Source of the DNA: a virus
Direction: 5' to 3' (one strand)
Virus record (IMG/VR): IMGVR_UViG_3300047386_000097
DNA: 26,264 nucleotides
A program made the position numbers and the translations under genes. Under the pieces are notes generated by a model. That model was given only the letters and a program-made list of their open reading frames with translations. It searched no databases and was not told where the DNA came from. Below are positions 1-7,135 of the stretch, one piece after another (the stretch's first letter is position 1; every line of letters begins with the position of its first letter).

Positions 1-127
1 AAGCCGCCAGCGACGGTGTTGCCGCGTCTGCTGACATCTATGGTCGGCCACTGTTCTTATTCTGATGGCAAGTGGCTTGTGCTGGCTGGCGCATACCGCA
101 CGCCGAGTATTACGCTTGACGAAGACG
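1..127. repeat. Exact 127-bp copy of 26138..26264 (circular-assembly overlap)
   Basis: Base-by-base comparison shows aagccgccagcgacggtgtt...cttgacgaagacg at both ends of the window. The repeat lies inside an ORF. Confidence 0.95.
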
Positions 128-2019
128 ATTTGCGCGGCGCGATACAAGTGCAGACCCGTGCCAGCCGCAGAGACAGCTTTAACAGCGTCAAGGGCATTTA
201 TGTTGCGCCAGACGAGAACTATCAGCCGACAGATTACCCAGAAATCACAAACGCGACCTATGTGACCGAAGACGCTGGCGAGAAGGTAACGACAGAACTT
301 GACTTGCCGTTTACTGACAGCACCACAATGGCGCAGCGTATCGCCAAGATACATCTGGAACAGGGTCGCCAGCAGTTAATGATTAACTACCCGGCGAAGC
401 TGACTGCGTTCAAACTGCAAGTCGGTGACACGGTTATGATTACCAATGAACGCTTTGGCTTCTCGTCTAAAGTGTTTGAGGTTGTAGAATGGACGCTGGC
501 AATCTCTGGCGAACAGCTTGGCGTTGACCTTGTGCTGCGCGAAACAGCATCAGGTGTTTACACTTGGTCGAGCAATGAGCAAGTGGCTGTTGACCCTGCG
601 CCTAATACCACGCTGCCAAGCGCGTATGACATTGGCGGTGTCGGTGTATCTATTGGCGAGGAACTGCGGATTATTAACCAGAAAGCCGTGGCTGTTATCG
701 AAGTGACGGTGACTGGTGGCGGCACGTTCCAAGACAAATACGAAGTGCAGTTTAAGAAAAGCACCGAAAGCACGTTTAAGTCGCTGGGTCGCGGCTCATC
801 AAACATCTTTGAGATTATAGATGTTGAAGACAATGTGACCTACAATATCCGCGCTAGGGCTATCAGCAATCTTGGCGTTAAGTCTGAATTCACAGAAATC
901 AGCCACCAAGCAGTCGGCAAGACCGCACCGCCAGCCGACGTGAGTGGCTTGCGGATTAACGTGGTTGGCGCAGAAGCACATCTGTCGTGGGACGCTGTGG
1001 CTGATTTGGATTTGTCGCACTATCAAGTGCGGTATTCGACAGATACAACCAGCCCATCATTCCAAAATGCTGTGACGCTTATTCCAAAGATTACAGCGAC
1101 CAGCACGACTGTTCCTGCACGAACTGGCACTTACTTTGTTCGCGCCGTTGATACGTCTGGCAACACCAGCCAGAACGCCACCAATGTTGGCACAGACATT
1201 CAGTCAATCGCTGGCTTAAACGTGGTTGCCACATCTACACAGCACCCAACATTTGCTGGCGTGAAGACCGATTGCGTGGTCGATGATGACAGTCAAGGTG
1301 TGCCTGTTCTGAAATTGGCTACATCTATTCTGTTTGACGCTGCCACAGGTAACTTTGACGATGCGCCGGGTCTGTTCGACAGTGGCGGTGGTCGCGTTGA
1401 CAACGAGGGTGCATATGAGTTTGACAGTTATGTGGACTTGGGCAGCAGATACACAAGCCGCGTGACTGCTGCTTTGGACGTTATCCGCATTGACTATGTG
1501 AACCTGTTTGACGATGCCGAAGGCAACTTTGATGCGCGTCAAGGTCTGTTCGACGGCGACCCTGCTGCTTATGATGACACCAATGTTGATTTGTTTGTTG
1601 CCACAACTAACGATGACCCAGCAGGAACGCCAACTTGGTCAGCGTTTAAGGAATTTGTGGTTGGCGATTACACAGCCCGTGCGTTGAAATTTAAGGCTGT
1701 CCTATCCAGCACAGACGAACAAGCCACGCCAGCAATCAAAGAACTGTCTGTGACTGTTGATATGCCTGACAGTCTGCGTGCTGACAATGACATCACAAGC
1801 GGCACTGCTGGCGGCGGTAAAGTAGTCACGTTCAGCCCCGCCTATAAGGATTTGCAAGGCTTGGCGATTGTTGCAGAAAATATGGCAACGGGCGATTTTT
1901 ATGATATAGTGAGCAAAGATGCCACAGGGTTCACTATCCGCTTCAAGAATAGCGGCGGCACGGTGGTTGACCGAACATTTGATTATGTGGCCAAAGGTTA
2001 TGGAGAACTTGTAACATGA
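1..2019 (+). CDS. Host-specificity / central tail-fibre protein (lambda gpJ-like), C-terminal 672 codons. The 5' part of the gene is 25196..26264.
   Basis: The frame is open from base 1 (KPPATVLPRLL...) and is the same frame as 25196.. after subtracting 26137. There is an FN3-like segment (PPADVSGLRINVVGAEAHLSWDAV...YQVRYS...GTYFVRAVDTSGN). The TGA at 2017-2019 overlaps the next ATG (ATGA). Confidence 0.85.
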   Translation, partial: KPPATVLPRLLTSMVGHCSYSDGKWLVLAGAYRTPSITLDEDDLRGAIQVQTRASRRDSFNSVKGIYVAPDENYQPTDYPEITNATYVTEDAGEKVTTELDLPFTDSTTMAQRIAKIHLEQGRQQLMINYPAKLTAFKLQVGDTVMITNERFGFSSKVFEVVEWTLAISGEQLGVDLVLRETASGVYTWSSNEQVAVDPAPNTTLPSAYDIGGVGVSIGEELRIINQKAVAVIEVTVTGGGTFQDKYEVQFKKSTESTFKSLGRGSSNIFEIIDVEDNVTYNIRARAISNLGVKSEFTEISHQAVGKTAPPADVSGLRINVVGAEAHLSWDAVADLDLSHYQVRYSTDTTSPSFQNAVTLIPKITATSTTVPARTGTYFVRAVDTSGNTSQNATNVGTDIQSIAGLNVVATSTQHPTFAGVKTDCVVDDDSQGVPVLKLATSILFDAATGNFDDAPGLFDSGGGRVDNEGAYEFDSYVDLGSRYTSRVTAALDVIRIDYVNLFDDAEGNFDARQGLFDGDPAAYDDTNVDLFVATTNDDPAGTPTWSAFKEFVVGDYTARALKFKAVLSSTDEQATPAIKELSVTVDMPDSLRADNDITSGTAGGGKVVTFSPAYKDLQGLAIVAENMATGDFYDIVSKDATGFTIRFKNSGGTVVDRTFDYVAKGYGELVT

Positions 2020-3161
2020 CGCAGAACGCATCTGATGTAGAAATCGCCAATCAGGGCTTTGCCGCTTTTCGGCAAGACTTGAATGACGTTCTCGAAGACA
2101 TCACAACGCTGCACAGTGGCACGGCTGCACCGTCCACGACATACGCAAACCAATGGTGGTATGAAACTGACACCGACAAGCTGTATATCCGCAACGAGGA
2201 TAATGACGCTTGGATTGAAATCCTGACGCTTGACCAAGCGAATGACCATCTGGCGACGATTGGTGCAACATTTACGCTGGACGGTTCGGGTAATGCACAA
2301 CTCGACGGAAATCTTACTTTTGGCAGTGTCAACAGATATATAGGAAATCCAAGCGGCACAATAACAAAAATTGGTGCTGATAATTCATCTGGCGAAATTC
2401 AATTGTCTACAAACGGCACAACTGCGGTCACGATTGATAGCAGTCAAAATGTGGGCATCGGCACAAGCAGCCCCGATAGCGGAACACCCTTGCACGTTGA
2501 GGAAAGCAGTGCATCTCTGGGGGCTAACTCAGCGGCAAGTGCATTTCTTGTGGAGCGTGCAGGAAACGTAGGTATGACGCTTGGCACTGCGAATACTGGA
2601 ACGTGTTCTATTTTTATGGGTGACTCAGATAGCCTAACAAGAGGCAGGGTTCAGTATGATAATAACGATGATTCGTTAGGATTTTGGGCTAATAGCCTAG
2701 AACGCGTCCGCGTCCAATCAGGCGGCGGCATATCATTCAACGGCGACACCGCAGCCGCCAATGCGCTGGACGATTATGAGGAAGGCACGTTTGTTCCGAC
2801 AGTTACTTGCAGCTCTGGGTCAGTTACGATGTCAGCAACTGACGATGCAGCTTACACAAAAATTGGTCGGCAAGTTACAGTAACGGCCAGACTTGATGTT
2901 TCATCAGTTTCCAGCCCATCAGGAAATCTGTTCATTGGCAATTTGCCGTTTGCTATCGCCAACTTCGCTGGATTGGCTGGTCAAAGTGTCCAATACTGTT
3001 TCATAACGATTGGTTCTGGCGGAACAGGCAATCCTATAGCTGCCGAATTTGTTGAATCGAGTAGCGAAGCAGTATTAAGAACAGAGGCGTGGTCAGGCGC
3101 AGCAAGTGTTTTAACCACAAATTCAAGAATACAATTTTCTTGGACATATTTTACAACATAA
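2016..3161 (+). CDS. Tail fibre protein (381 aa)
   Basis: GGAGAA lies 8 nt upstream of the ATG at 2016. The N-terminus APSTTYANQWWYETDTDKLYIRNEDNDAWIEI and the NVGIGTSSP...PLHV segment are typical of phage fibre proteins. The gene sits directly after the J-like gene. Confidence 0.6.
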   Translation: MTQNASDVEIANQGFAAFRQDLNDVLEDITTLHSGTAAPSTTYANQWWYETDTDKLYIRNEDNDAWIEILTLDQANDHLATIGATFTLDGSGNAQLDGNLTFGSVNRYIGNPSGTITKIGADNSSGEIQLSTNGTTAVTIDSSQNVGIGTSSPDSGTPLHVEESSASLGANSAASAFLVERAGNVGMTLGTANTGTCSIFMGDSDSLTRGRVQYDNNDDSLGFWANSLERVRVQSGGGISFNGDTAAANALDDYEEGTFVPTVTCSSGSVTMSATDDAAYTKIGRQVTVTARLDVSSVSSPSGNLFIGNLPFAIANFAGLAGQSVQYCFITIGSGGTGNPIAAEFVESSSEAVLRTEAWSGAASVLTTNSRIQFSWTYFTT

Positions 3162-3221
3162 TCCGTCTGGAAGATGGGTCGGACAGGTGGCAGCCAGCCA
3201 CGATAAACACAGGAGACTAAA

Positions 3222-3485
3222 ATGGCATTAAGCAAATCAATCGTAACAGACAAAATTGAAATCGTTGGCGAGTTTAGGGCTGTGCAGGTTCGCACCGCTA
3301 CGGTTGTCAGCGAAGATGGCGCAGAGTTATCACGCTCTTTTAGCCGCCACGTTATCCAAGCGGGTGACGATTACAGCAGCGAAGATGCAGAGGTTCAGGC
3401 CGTATGTGCGGCAGTGCATACCGATGATGTTGTTGCTGCTTATGCAGCGCACGTTGCAGCGCAAGAAACTCCCGGAGATGAATAA
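3222..3485 (+). CDS. Hypothetical protein (87 aa)
   Basis: AGGAGA at 3211-3216 precedes the ATG at 3222. The stop overlaps the next start (TAATG). No motif recognised. Confidence 0.6.
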   Translation: MALSKSIVTDKIEIVGEFRAVQVRTATVVSEDGAELSRSFSRHVIQAGDDYSSEDAEVQAVCAAVHTDDVVAAYAAHVAAQETPGDE

Positions 3486-3670
3486 TGGAGATTGTAATGA
3501 GTATCTTTGAAAACCTGCCTTACATCATTTCGTTTGCTGCTGCCATCAGCGCAGTAACGAAAACGCCGAAAGACGACGAACTTGTCGGCAAGGCGCAGAA
3601 GGCATACGGCATCGCTTATAAAGTGGTCGATGTCTTGGCTTTGAACATTGCAAAAGCTAAAAACAAATAA
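3485..3670 (+). CDS. Small membrane protein (61 aa), first gene of the putative lysis cassette
   Basis: Hydrophobic N-terminus LPYIISFAAAISAV followed by TKTPKDDELVGK and a basic tail. Translationally coupled to the upstream gene. An alternative ATG lies at 3497. Confidence 0.55.
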   Translation: MEIVMSIFENLPYIISFAAAISAVTKTPKDDELVGKAQKAYGIAYKVVDVLALNIAKAKNK

Positions 3671-3671
3671 G

Positions 3672-3827
3672 ATGTCGGAGAAAGCGGCCATTGACGTTGC
3701 AATCGGCAGCGTTGCTGTAACTGCGCCGCTTTGGGCAGTGAACTTGACCGTCTATGTCAACTTGGTTGTCGCCATAGGCGGTCTCGTTCTGTTAGCCATT
3801 CGGATACACAAATCATTCAAAGAGTAA
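3672..3827 (+). CDS. Holin-like protein with two TM segments (51 aa); below the ORF-track size cutoff
   Basis: Hand translation gives MSEKAAIDVAIGSVAVTAPLWAVNLTVYVNLVVAIGGLVLLAIRIHKSFKE. It has two hydrophobic stretches and a charged C-terminus. It starts 2 nt after the previous stop and fills an otherwise empty gap. Confidence 0.55.
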   Translation: MSEKAAIDVAIGSVAVTAPLWAVNLTVYVNLVVAIGGLVLLAIRIHKSFKE

Positions 3828-3832
3828 GACCG

Positions 3833-4045
3833 ATGAACTTCGGCGAAACATTGCTTGCTTACTGGCCTATCCTTACAGCAGGGATGGCGATGATTTGGTG
3901 GTTCAGCCGTTCTATATCCAATCTGGAAAACAAGAACGACAGAATGGACGAGCGTATGCAAGACGCTGAAGACAAGCTGACCACAATTTTTTCTTTATAC
4001 AACAACCTAATATCGCGTATGCTTGACGAACGAAAACCGAAATAG
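3833..4045 (+). CDS. Membrane-anchored coiled-coil protein (70 aa), i-spanin- or antiholin-like
   Basis: The ATG at 3833 is in frame with track ORF 3731..4045. It has an N-terminal TM (LLAYWPILTAGMAMIWWF) followed by a charged helical region (NLENKNDRMDERMQDAEDKL). The upstream extension in the track overlaps the 51-aa ORF and reads as junk. Confidence 0.5.
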   Translation: MNFGETLLAYWPILTAGMAMIWWFSRSISNLENKNDRMDERMQDAEDKLTTIFSLYNNLISRMLDERKPK

Positions 4046-4055
4046 GGGTTAGGTT

Positions 4056-4481
4056 TTGGCATACACCACTGTTCGCAATGCAGTGCAGATTGGCAAGTCA
4101 GGCGAGTTTCTCGTTTGCAGCGTCTTGGAACTTCTAGGGCATCAGACTGCTATCTGTAACGGGCAGGGCTTTGACCTGTTAATGTTTGAAGCCGATGGTG
4201 GCAGCGAGACATTCCGCGTCGAAGTTAAGTCGTGCAAATCCAAATCAAATCAGCGTTACAAGTTTATGACCGCCACGGGTTCGGGCAGCAAGAAGCTACT
4301 AAGCCCGGACGATTGCGATATAGTTGCCCTTGTGGCACTCGACGAAAAAATGATAGTGTTCCGTGATGTCATGCAAATTAAGCATAAGAAAACTACTGTC
4401 AGCATTGAACAGTTTGACCAGCCAGAAGCGGGACAGCTTAGAAAAGCAATCGCGTCCGTCAAAGCCAGAAGGAATAGCTAA
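4056..4481 (+). CDS. Stand-alone PD-(D/E)XK nuclease-fold protein (141 aa), resembling group-I-intron-associated / homing-type PDDEXK endonucleases
   Basis: GKSGEFLVCSVLELLGH ... GFDLLMF ... FRVEVKSCKS gives an E...D...ExK arrangement. The C-terminal DCDIVALVALDEKMIVF resembles that family. The start is uncertain: TTG 4056 or in-frame GTG 4083. Confidence 0.55.
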   Translation: MAYTTVRNAVQIGKSGEFLVCSVLELLGHQTAICNGQGFDLLMFEADGGSETFRVEVKSCKSKSNQRYKFMTATGSGSKKLLSPDDCDIVALVALDEKMIVFRDVMQIKHKKTTVSIEQFDQPEAGQLRKAIASVKARRNS

Positions 4482-4482
4482 A

Positions 4483-4881
4483 ATGTCTAAAACTATCGAA
4501 CCGCACTGGGACGACTTCCCGAACTTTGGCCGCAGCGAACTTGCGTGCCAGCACTGTGGTCGCGCAGAGATGGACGAAGACTTTATGTGGCGACTGCAAG
4601 ACCTACGCGAAGCCTATGGCAAGCCGATGAAGATTACATCTGGCTATCGCTGCCCAGAGCATCCGATTGAAGCACGCAAGAGCAAACCCGGCGCACATAC
4701 CACAGGCCGTGCTGTAGATGTCGGCGTGTCGCGCGGTGACGCATATGCGCTGATGCGGCTGGCAATGCGTATGGGCTTTACTGGTGTCGGTGTGCAGCAA
4801 AAGGGCGATGGCCGCTTTGTCCACTTAGATGACCTGACCAGCAAAGAAGGCTGGCCGCGTCCGACTGTTTGGAGTTATTGA
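4483..4881 (+). CDS. Endolysin, peptidase M15 (zinc D-Ala-D-Ala carboxypeptidase / L-Ala-D-Glu peptidase fold), 132 aa
   Basis: AGGAA at 4470-4474 precedes the ATG at 4483. Zinc ligand pattern H-x6-D (GAHTTGRAVDV) plus FVHLD. There is no signal or SAR sequence. The track start at 4363 is an upstream extension overlapping the previous gene. Confidence 0.8.
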   Translation: MSKTIEPHWDDFPNFGRSELACQHCGRAEMDEDFMWRLQDLREAYGKPMKITSGYRCPEHPIEARKSKPGAHTTGRAVDVGVSRGDAYALMRLAMRMGFTGVGVQQKGDGRFVHLDDLTSKEGWPRPTVWSY

Positions 4882-4988
4882 TGGCACGATATAACCACTG
4901 GTTTTGGAATAGCAGATTTATAAACTGGGTCGCCAAGATAGTTTCGCGCTTTGGCGATTACCTATGGCACAAGCGATTTAAGAAATGA
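4881..4988 (+). CDS. 35-aa cationic Trp/Phe-rich peptide, translationally coupled to the endolysin
   Basis: The TGATG overlap puts the ATG at 4881. Hand translation gives MARYNHWFWNSRFINWVAKIVSRFGDYLWHKRFKK (4 R, 4 K, 1 D, 4 W, 4 F). A terminator follows immediately. Confidence 0.4.
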   Translation: MARYNHWFWNSRFINWVAKIVSRFGDYLWHKRFKK

Positions 4989-4989
4989 T

Positions 4990-5036
4990 TGCCCCCTTTC
5001 TCGTCGGGGGAATGGCGGGGGTTTTGTTTGTTTTAT
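4990..5036 (+). terminator. Putative intrinsic terminator ending the late/lysis transcription unit
   Basis: GCCCCC (4991-4996) can pair with GGGGG at 5006-5010 or 5017-5021. The latter is followed by TTTTGTTTGTTTTATTCTTTT. Confidence 0.55.
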
Positions 5037-5060
5037 TCTTTTGCATTTAGGGGGTTGCCA

Positions 5061-5089
5061 AATCGTCACCAATCGTGCCAGATTGTCAC
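5061..5089. promoter_or_regulatory. Three 10-bp-phased ATYGTSMC repeats (operator-like) in the late/early intergenic region
   Basis: AATCGTCACC / AATCGTGCCA / GATTGTCAC start at 5061, 5071 and 5081. I could not find a convincing sigma70 -35/-10 pair nearby. Confidence 0.3.
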
Positions 5090-5116
5090 TGTAAACAAAA
5101 CAAGGGAGTTTTGAGC

Positions 5117-5215
5117 ATGTGGAATTTAGTTAAAGACATTTTTGGCGCAGCGACGTTTATGCTGCTGCTCTACATGATTATGATGTGGGGCTATGTGCTT
5201 GAGGGGGTGCTGTGA
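5117..5215 (+). CDS. 32-aa hydrophobic peptide (possible first early gene)
   Basis: AAGGGAG at 5102-5108 lies 8 nt before the ATG at 5117. Hand translation gives MWNLVKDIFGAATFMLLLYMIMMWGYVLEGVL. Its stop overlaps the next ATG (TGATG). Confidence 0.35.
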   Translation: MWNLVKDIFGAATFMLLLYMIMMWGYVLEGVL

Positions 5216-5523
5216 TGTCAGATTTTATTTTAGAAAAAGATGCGCGTGACGCTGTTGAAAGCGTAATGTTTTTTACTTCACGGTTTTTTATAGTAACCAA
5301 TGACAGTGCCAAAAGGGACAGTGCTTTCACTTGCCTAGTTTACGCGTCTCAAATCGGCGTTGAAGGTGAATTGCATTATGACATACAACACGCGGCGTTT
5401 GAGTATTGGACGAAGATGATAAATCAGGGAGATTGGGACATCTCAATTTTTGATAATTGTAGCGCATTGCATATGAGCAATGCCATTTCCGATTACAAAC
5501 AAATGGAGGAGTTTGCGATATGA
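5215..5523 (+). CDS. Hypothetical protein (102 aa), low-GC ORF
   Basis: ATG at 5215 (the track starts 3 nt earlier at a GTG). Hand count gives 118/300 G+C (39%), against about 50-60% in samples elsewhere. Confidence 0.6.
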   Translation: MSDFILEKDARDAVESVMFFTSRFFIVTNDSAKRDSAFTCLVYASQIGVEGELHYDIQHAAFEYWTKMINQGDWDISIFDNCSALHMSNAISDYKQMEEFAI

Positions 5524-5711
5524 GTAAGCCATATATCATTTATCGTATGCCGCGCGAGCGTGGCTATGTCATCGTGCAGATTTATGCTGAAACGCCAGAA
5601 GGCAAACAGCAGGGCGTGGCAGATTATTTGCGCGAGTTTAGAGTTTACGAAGCGCGGGTTGACCACGAGACTGCCACCACCGCAACAATTAAAAGAAGGC
5701 CGTATCAGTAA
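5520..5711 (+). CDS. Hypothetical protein (63 aa)
   Basis: GGAGGAG at 5505-5511 precedes the ATG at 5520. ATGA overlap with the upstream gene. Confidence 0.6.
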   Translation: MSKPYIIYRMPRERGYVIVQIYAETPEGKQQGVADYLREFRVYEARVDHETATTATIKRRPYQ

Positions 5712-5935
5712 TGGCTGACATCATCGACTTATTTGGTGGCGAAGTAGATAAGGACACCGACCCGGATGCCACGCTTATGGTGCTGATGGGTCGGCTGGAC
5801 GGGTTCGTGCTTTCTGGTGTTGACAAAGAAGGCCGCGAAGTAACAGCCGTGACCTTTGGCACATTGCCACAAGCCGTCTGGTTCTTGGAACGCGCAAAGT
5901 ATGAACTGCTAAAGCGGGTGGACAATGAAGAATAA
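5711..5935 (+). CDS. Hypothetical acidic protein (74 aa)
   Basis: TAATG overlap with the upstream gene. Continuous operon-like packing. Confidence 0.55.
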   Translation: MADIIDLFGGEVDKDTDPDATLMVLMGRLDGFVLSGVDKEGREVTAVTFGTLPQAVWFLERAKYELLKRVDNEE

Positions 5936-6203
5936 AGAGCAAATTGTTTACGACTTTTGGTGTGCAGAGATGGCTGTGAATACGCGCAAGCGCGAACAGC
6001 TACGCCAGAAGCGCATTGAACGCAGGGAACTTCAAAAGCCGGAATACACGCTGGGCATAATCAATGAAGATGGCCAGTATGAATTGGTGCAAGCAAAGCC
6101 GTTGAGCGAAACAACTAAGCGTCTGCCAGAAGTGATTGCAGTTGTGGTGTTTTTGCTGTGGTTGTTTGCGGTTATGGAAACAAACATTGGAGCGTTAAAA
6201 TGA
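5925..6203 (+). CDS. Hypothetical protein with C-terminal TM anchor (92 aa)
   Basis: Basic helical N-terminus (RKREQLRQKRIERRELQK) and C-terminal VIAVVVFLLWLFAV. Confidence 0.55.
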   Translation: MKNKEQIVYDFWCAEMAVNTRKREQLRQKRIERRELQKPEYTLGIINEDGQYELVQAKPLSETTKRLPEVIAVVVFLLWLFAVMETNIGALK

Positions 6204-6463
6204 AGGAACATTATGACGAGAATGGCGAGTTGGTCGCCATTGAAACTAACGAGGCAAAGCCTGTGGATATACCGCCGCCGCAGTTGCGTTATGTGTCGCC
6301 TTGCAGTGATGCAAGGTTTGTTGCCGACTTGTGTATCTCAGAAGGCAATGACTATATTCGCTTTGCGCTAAACCGCGACCAAGCAGTCAATATGATTGAC
6401 CAGTTAAATACGCTGGTGCGCCAGTTTGATAAGCGCACGCCAGAGGACACCTATAATGGATGA
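6200..6463 (+). CDS. Hypothetical protein (87 aa)
   Basis: The ATG at 6200 overlaps the upstream stop (ATGA). The track start at 6158 is an upstream extension. Confidence 0.55.
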   Translation: MKEHYDENGELVAIETNEAKPVDIPPPQLRYVSPCSDARFVADLCISEGNDYIRFALNRDQAVNMIDQLNTLVRQFDKRTPEDTYNG

Positions 6464-6599
6464 AGAACTTATTGAGGCGGTGCGGCAAACGCTTGCATAT
6501 GCCAAACGTATGCGTGGCAACACGACGGACGAAGACTTGGTTGAAAAGCTAACTTGGCAACTCGAACATATTGTGGAGACTTTCGATGGGTCTGAGTGA
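6456..6599 (+). CDS. Hypothetical protein (47 aa); below the ORF-track cutoff
   Basis: GAGGA at 6443-6447 lies 8 nt before the ATG at 6456. Hand translation gives MDEELIEAVRQTLAYAKRMRGNTTDEDLVEKLTWQLEHIVETFDGSE. Confidence 0.5.
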   Translation: MDEELIEAVRQTLAYAKRMRGNTTDEDLVEKLTWQLEHIVETFDGSE

Positions 6600-6786
6600 G
6601 TGGATGGACAAGGCTGGCATGACTGATGGCGAGATGGCACAGCGTGTCGGTTGCAGTCGGTCAGCAATATCGCGGTATCGTTCTGGTGAGCGTATGCCCC
6701 GGCCTGATACCCTAATGAAGCTGGTGGACGTTACTAACAACGATGTCAGCCCAATGGATTTTGCAAGGCTGCACCGTGGCAAATAA
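6586..6786 (+). CDS. Helix-turn-helix transcriptional regulator (Cro/XRE-like, 66 aa)
   Basis: GGAG at 6575-6578 precedes the ATG at 6586. HTH signature: MTDGEMAQRVGCSRSAISRYRSGERMPRPDTLMKL. Confidence 0.7.
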   Translation: MGLSEWMDKAGMTDGEMAQRVGCSRSAISRYRSGERMPRPDTLMKLVDVTNNDVSPMDFARLHRGK

Positions 6787-7135
6787 GATTTACAGCTATC
6801 ATCTGCCAACACCGCCAAGCGTCAATCGACTGTGGCGCATATCTGGTCGGCGGATGTATCGCAGCAAGAAATATACTGAATGGATTGCCGAGGTAACGCT
6901 GGCACTCGAATTAGAACAACGGCCAGAAATTGACTATCCGTTCAATATCGAAATCATTGTCGGACGGCCAAGCAAGCGTCGTATGGACATTGATAACAGG
7001 GCAAAGGCAGTTATGGATGTGTTGCAGCATTGCAATGTCATCAAAGACGATTGCCTTGCCAACAGGGTCACGATGATGTGGTCTGACATCGACGGTTGTG
7101 ATGTCACAATTTGGAGAGCAGAGGGAGATATATAA
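6743..7135 (+). CDS. rusA: RusA-family Holliday-junction resolvase
   Basis: LPTPPSVNRLW near the N-terminus and the catalytic signature MDIDNRAKAVMDVL. The start may be GTG 6776 (AAGG 7 nt upstream) rather than ATG 6743. Confidence 0.8.
   Translation: MSAQWILQGCTVANKIYSYHLPTPPSVNRLWRISGRRMYRSKKYTEWIAEVTLALELEQRPEIDYPFNIEIIVGRPSKRRMDIDNRAKAVMDVLQHCNVIKDDCLANRVTMMWSDIDGCDVTIWRAEGDI

Noticed and set aside
1-127. 127-bp direct terminal repeat as a biological feature (DTR, att site or LTR)
   Set aside because: The repeat interrupts a continuous J-like ORF, and its length equals a standard assembler k-mer. Circular-assembly overlap is the simpler explanation.
1333-1554. Diversity-generating retroelement (template/variable repeat pair) in the host-specificity gene
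   Set aside because: There is no reverse transcriptase anywhere in the genome. The repeats are only 48 nt and about 70% identical, and differences are not confined to adenine positions.
2290-3161. Tail-fibre C-terminal half as a horizontally swapped low-GC cassette
   Set aside because: Hand counts of five 60-nt samples gave 38-48% GC, against 48% in one sample from the N-terminal part. The difference is too small and too thinly sampled to claim a mosaic junction.
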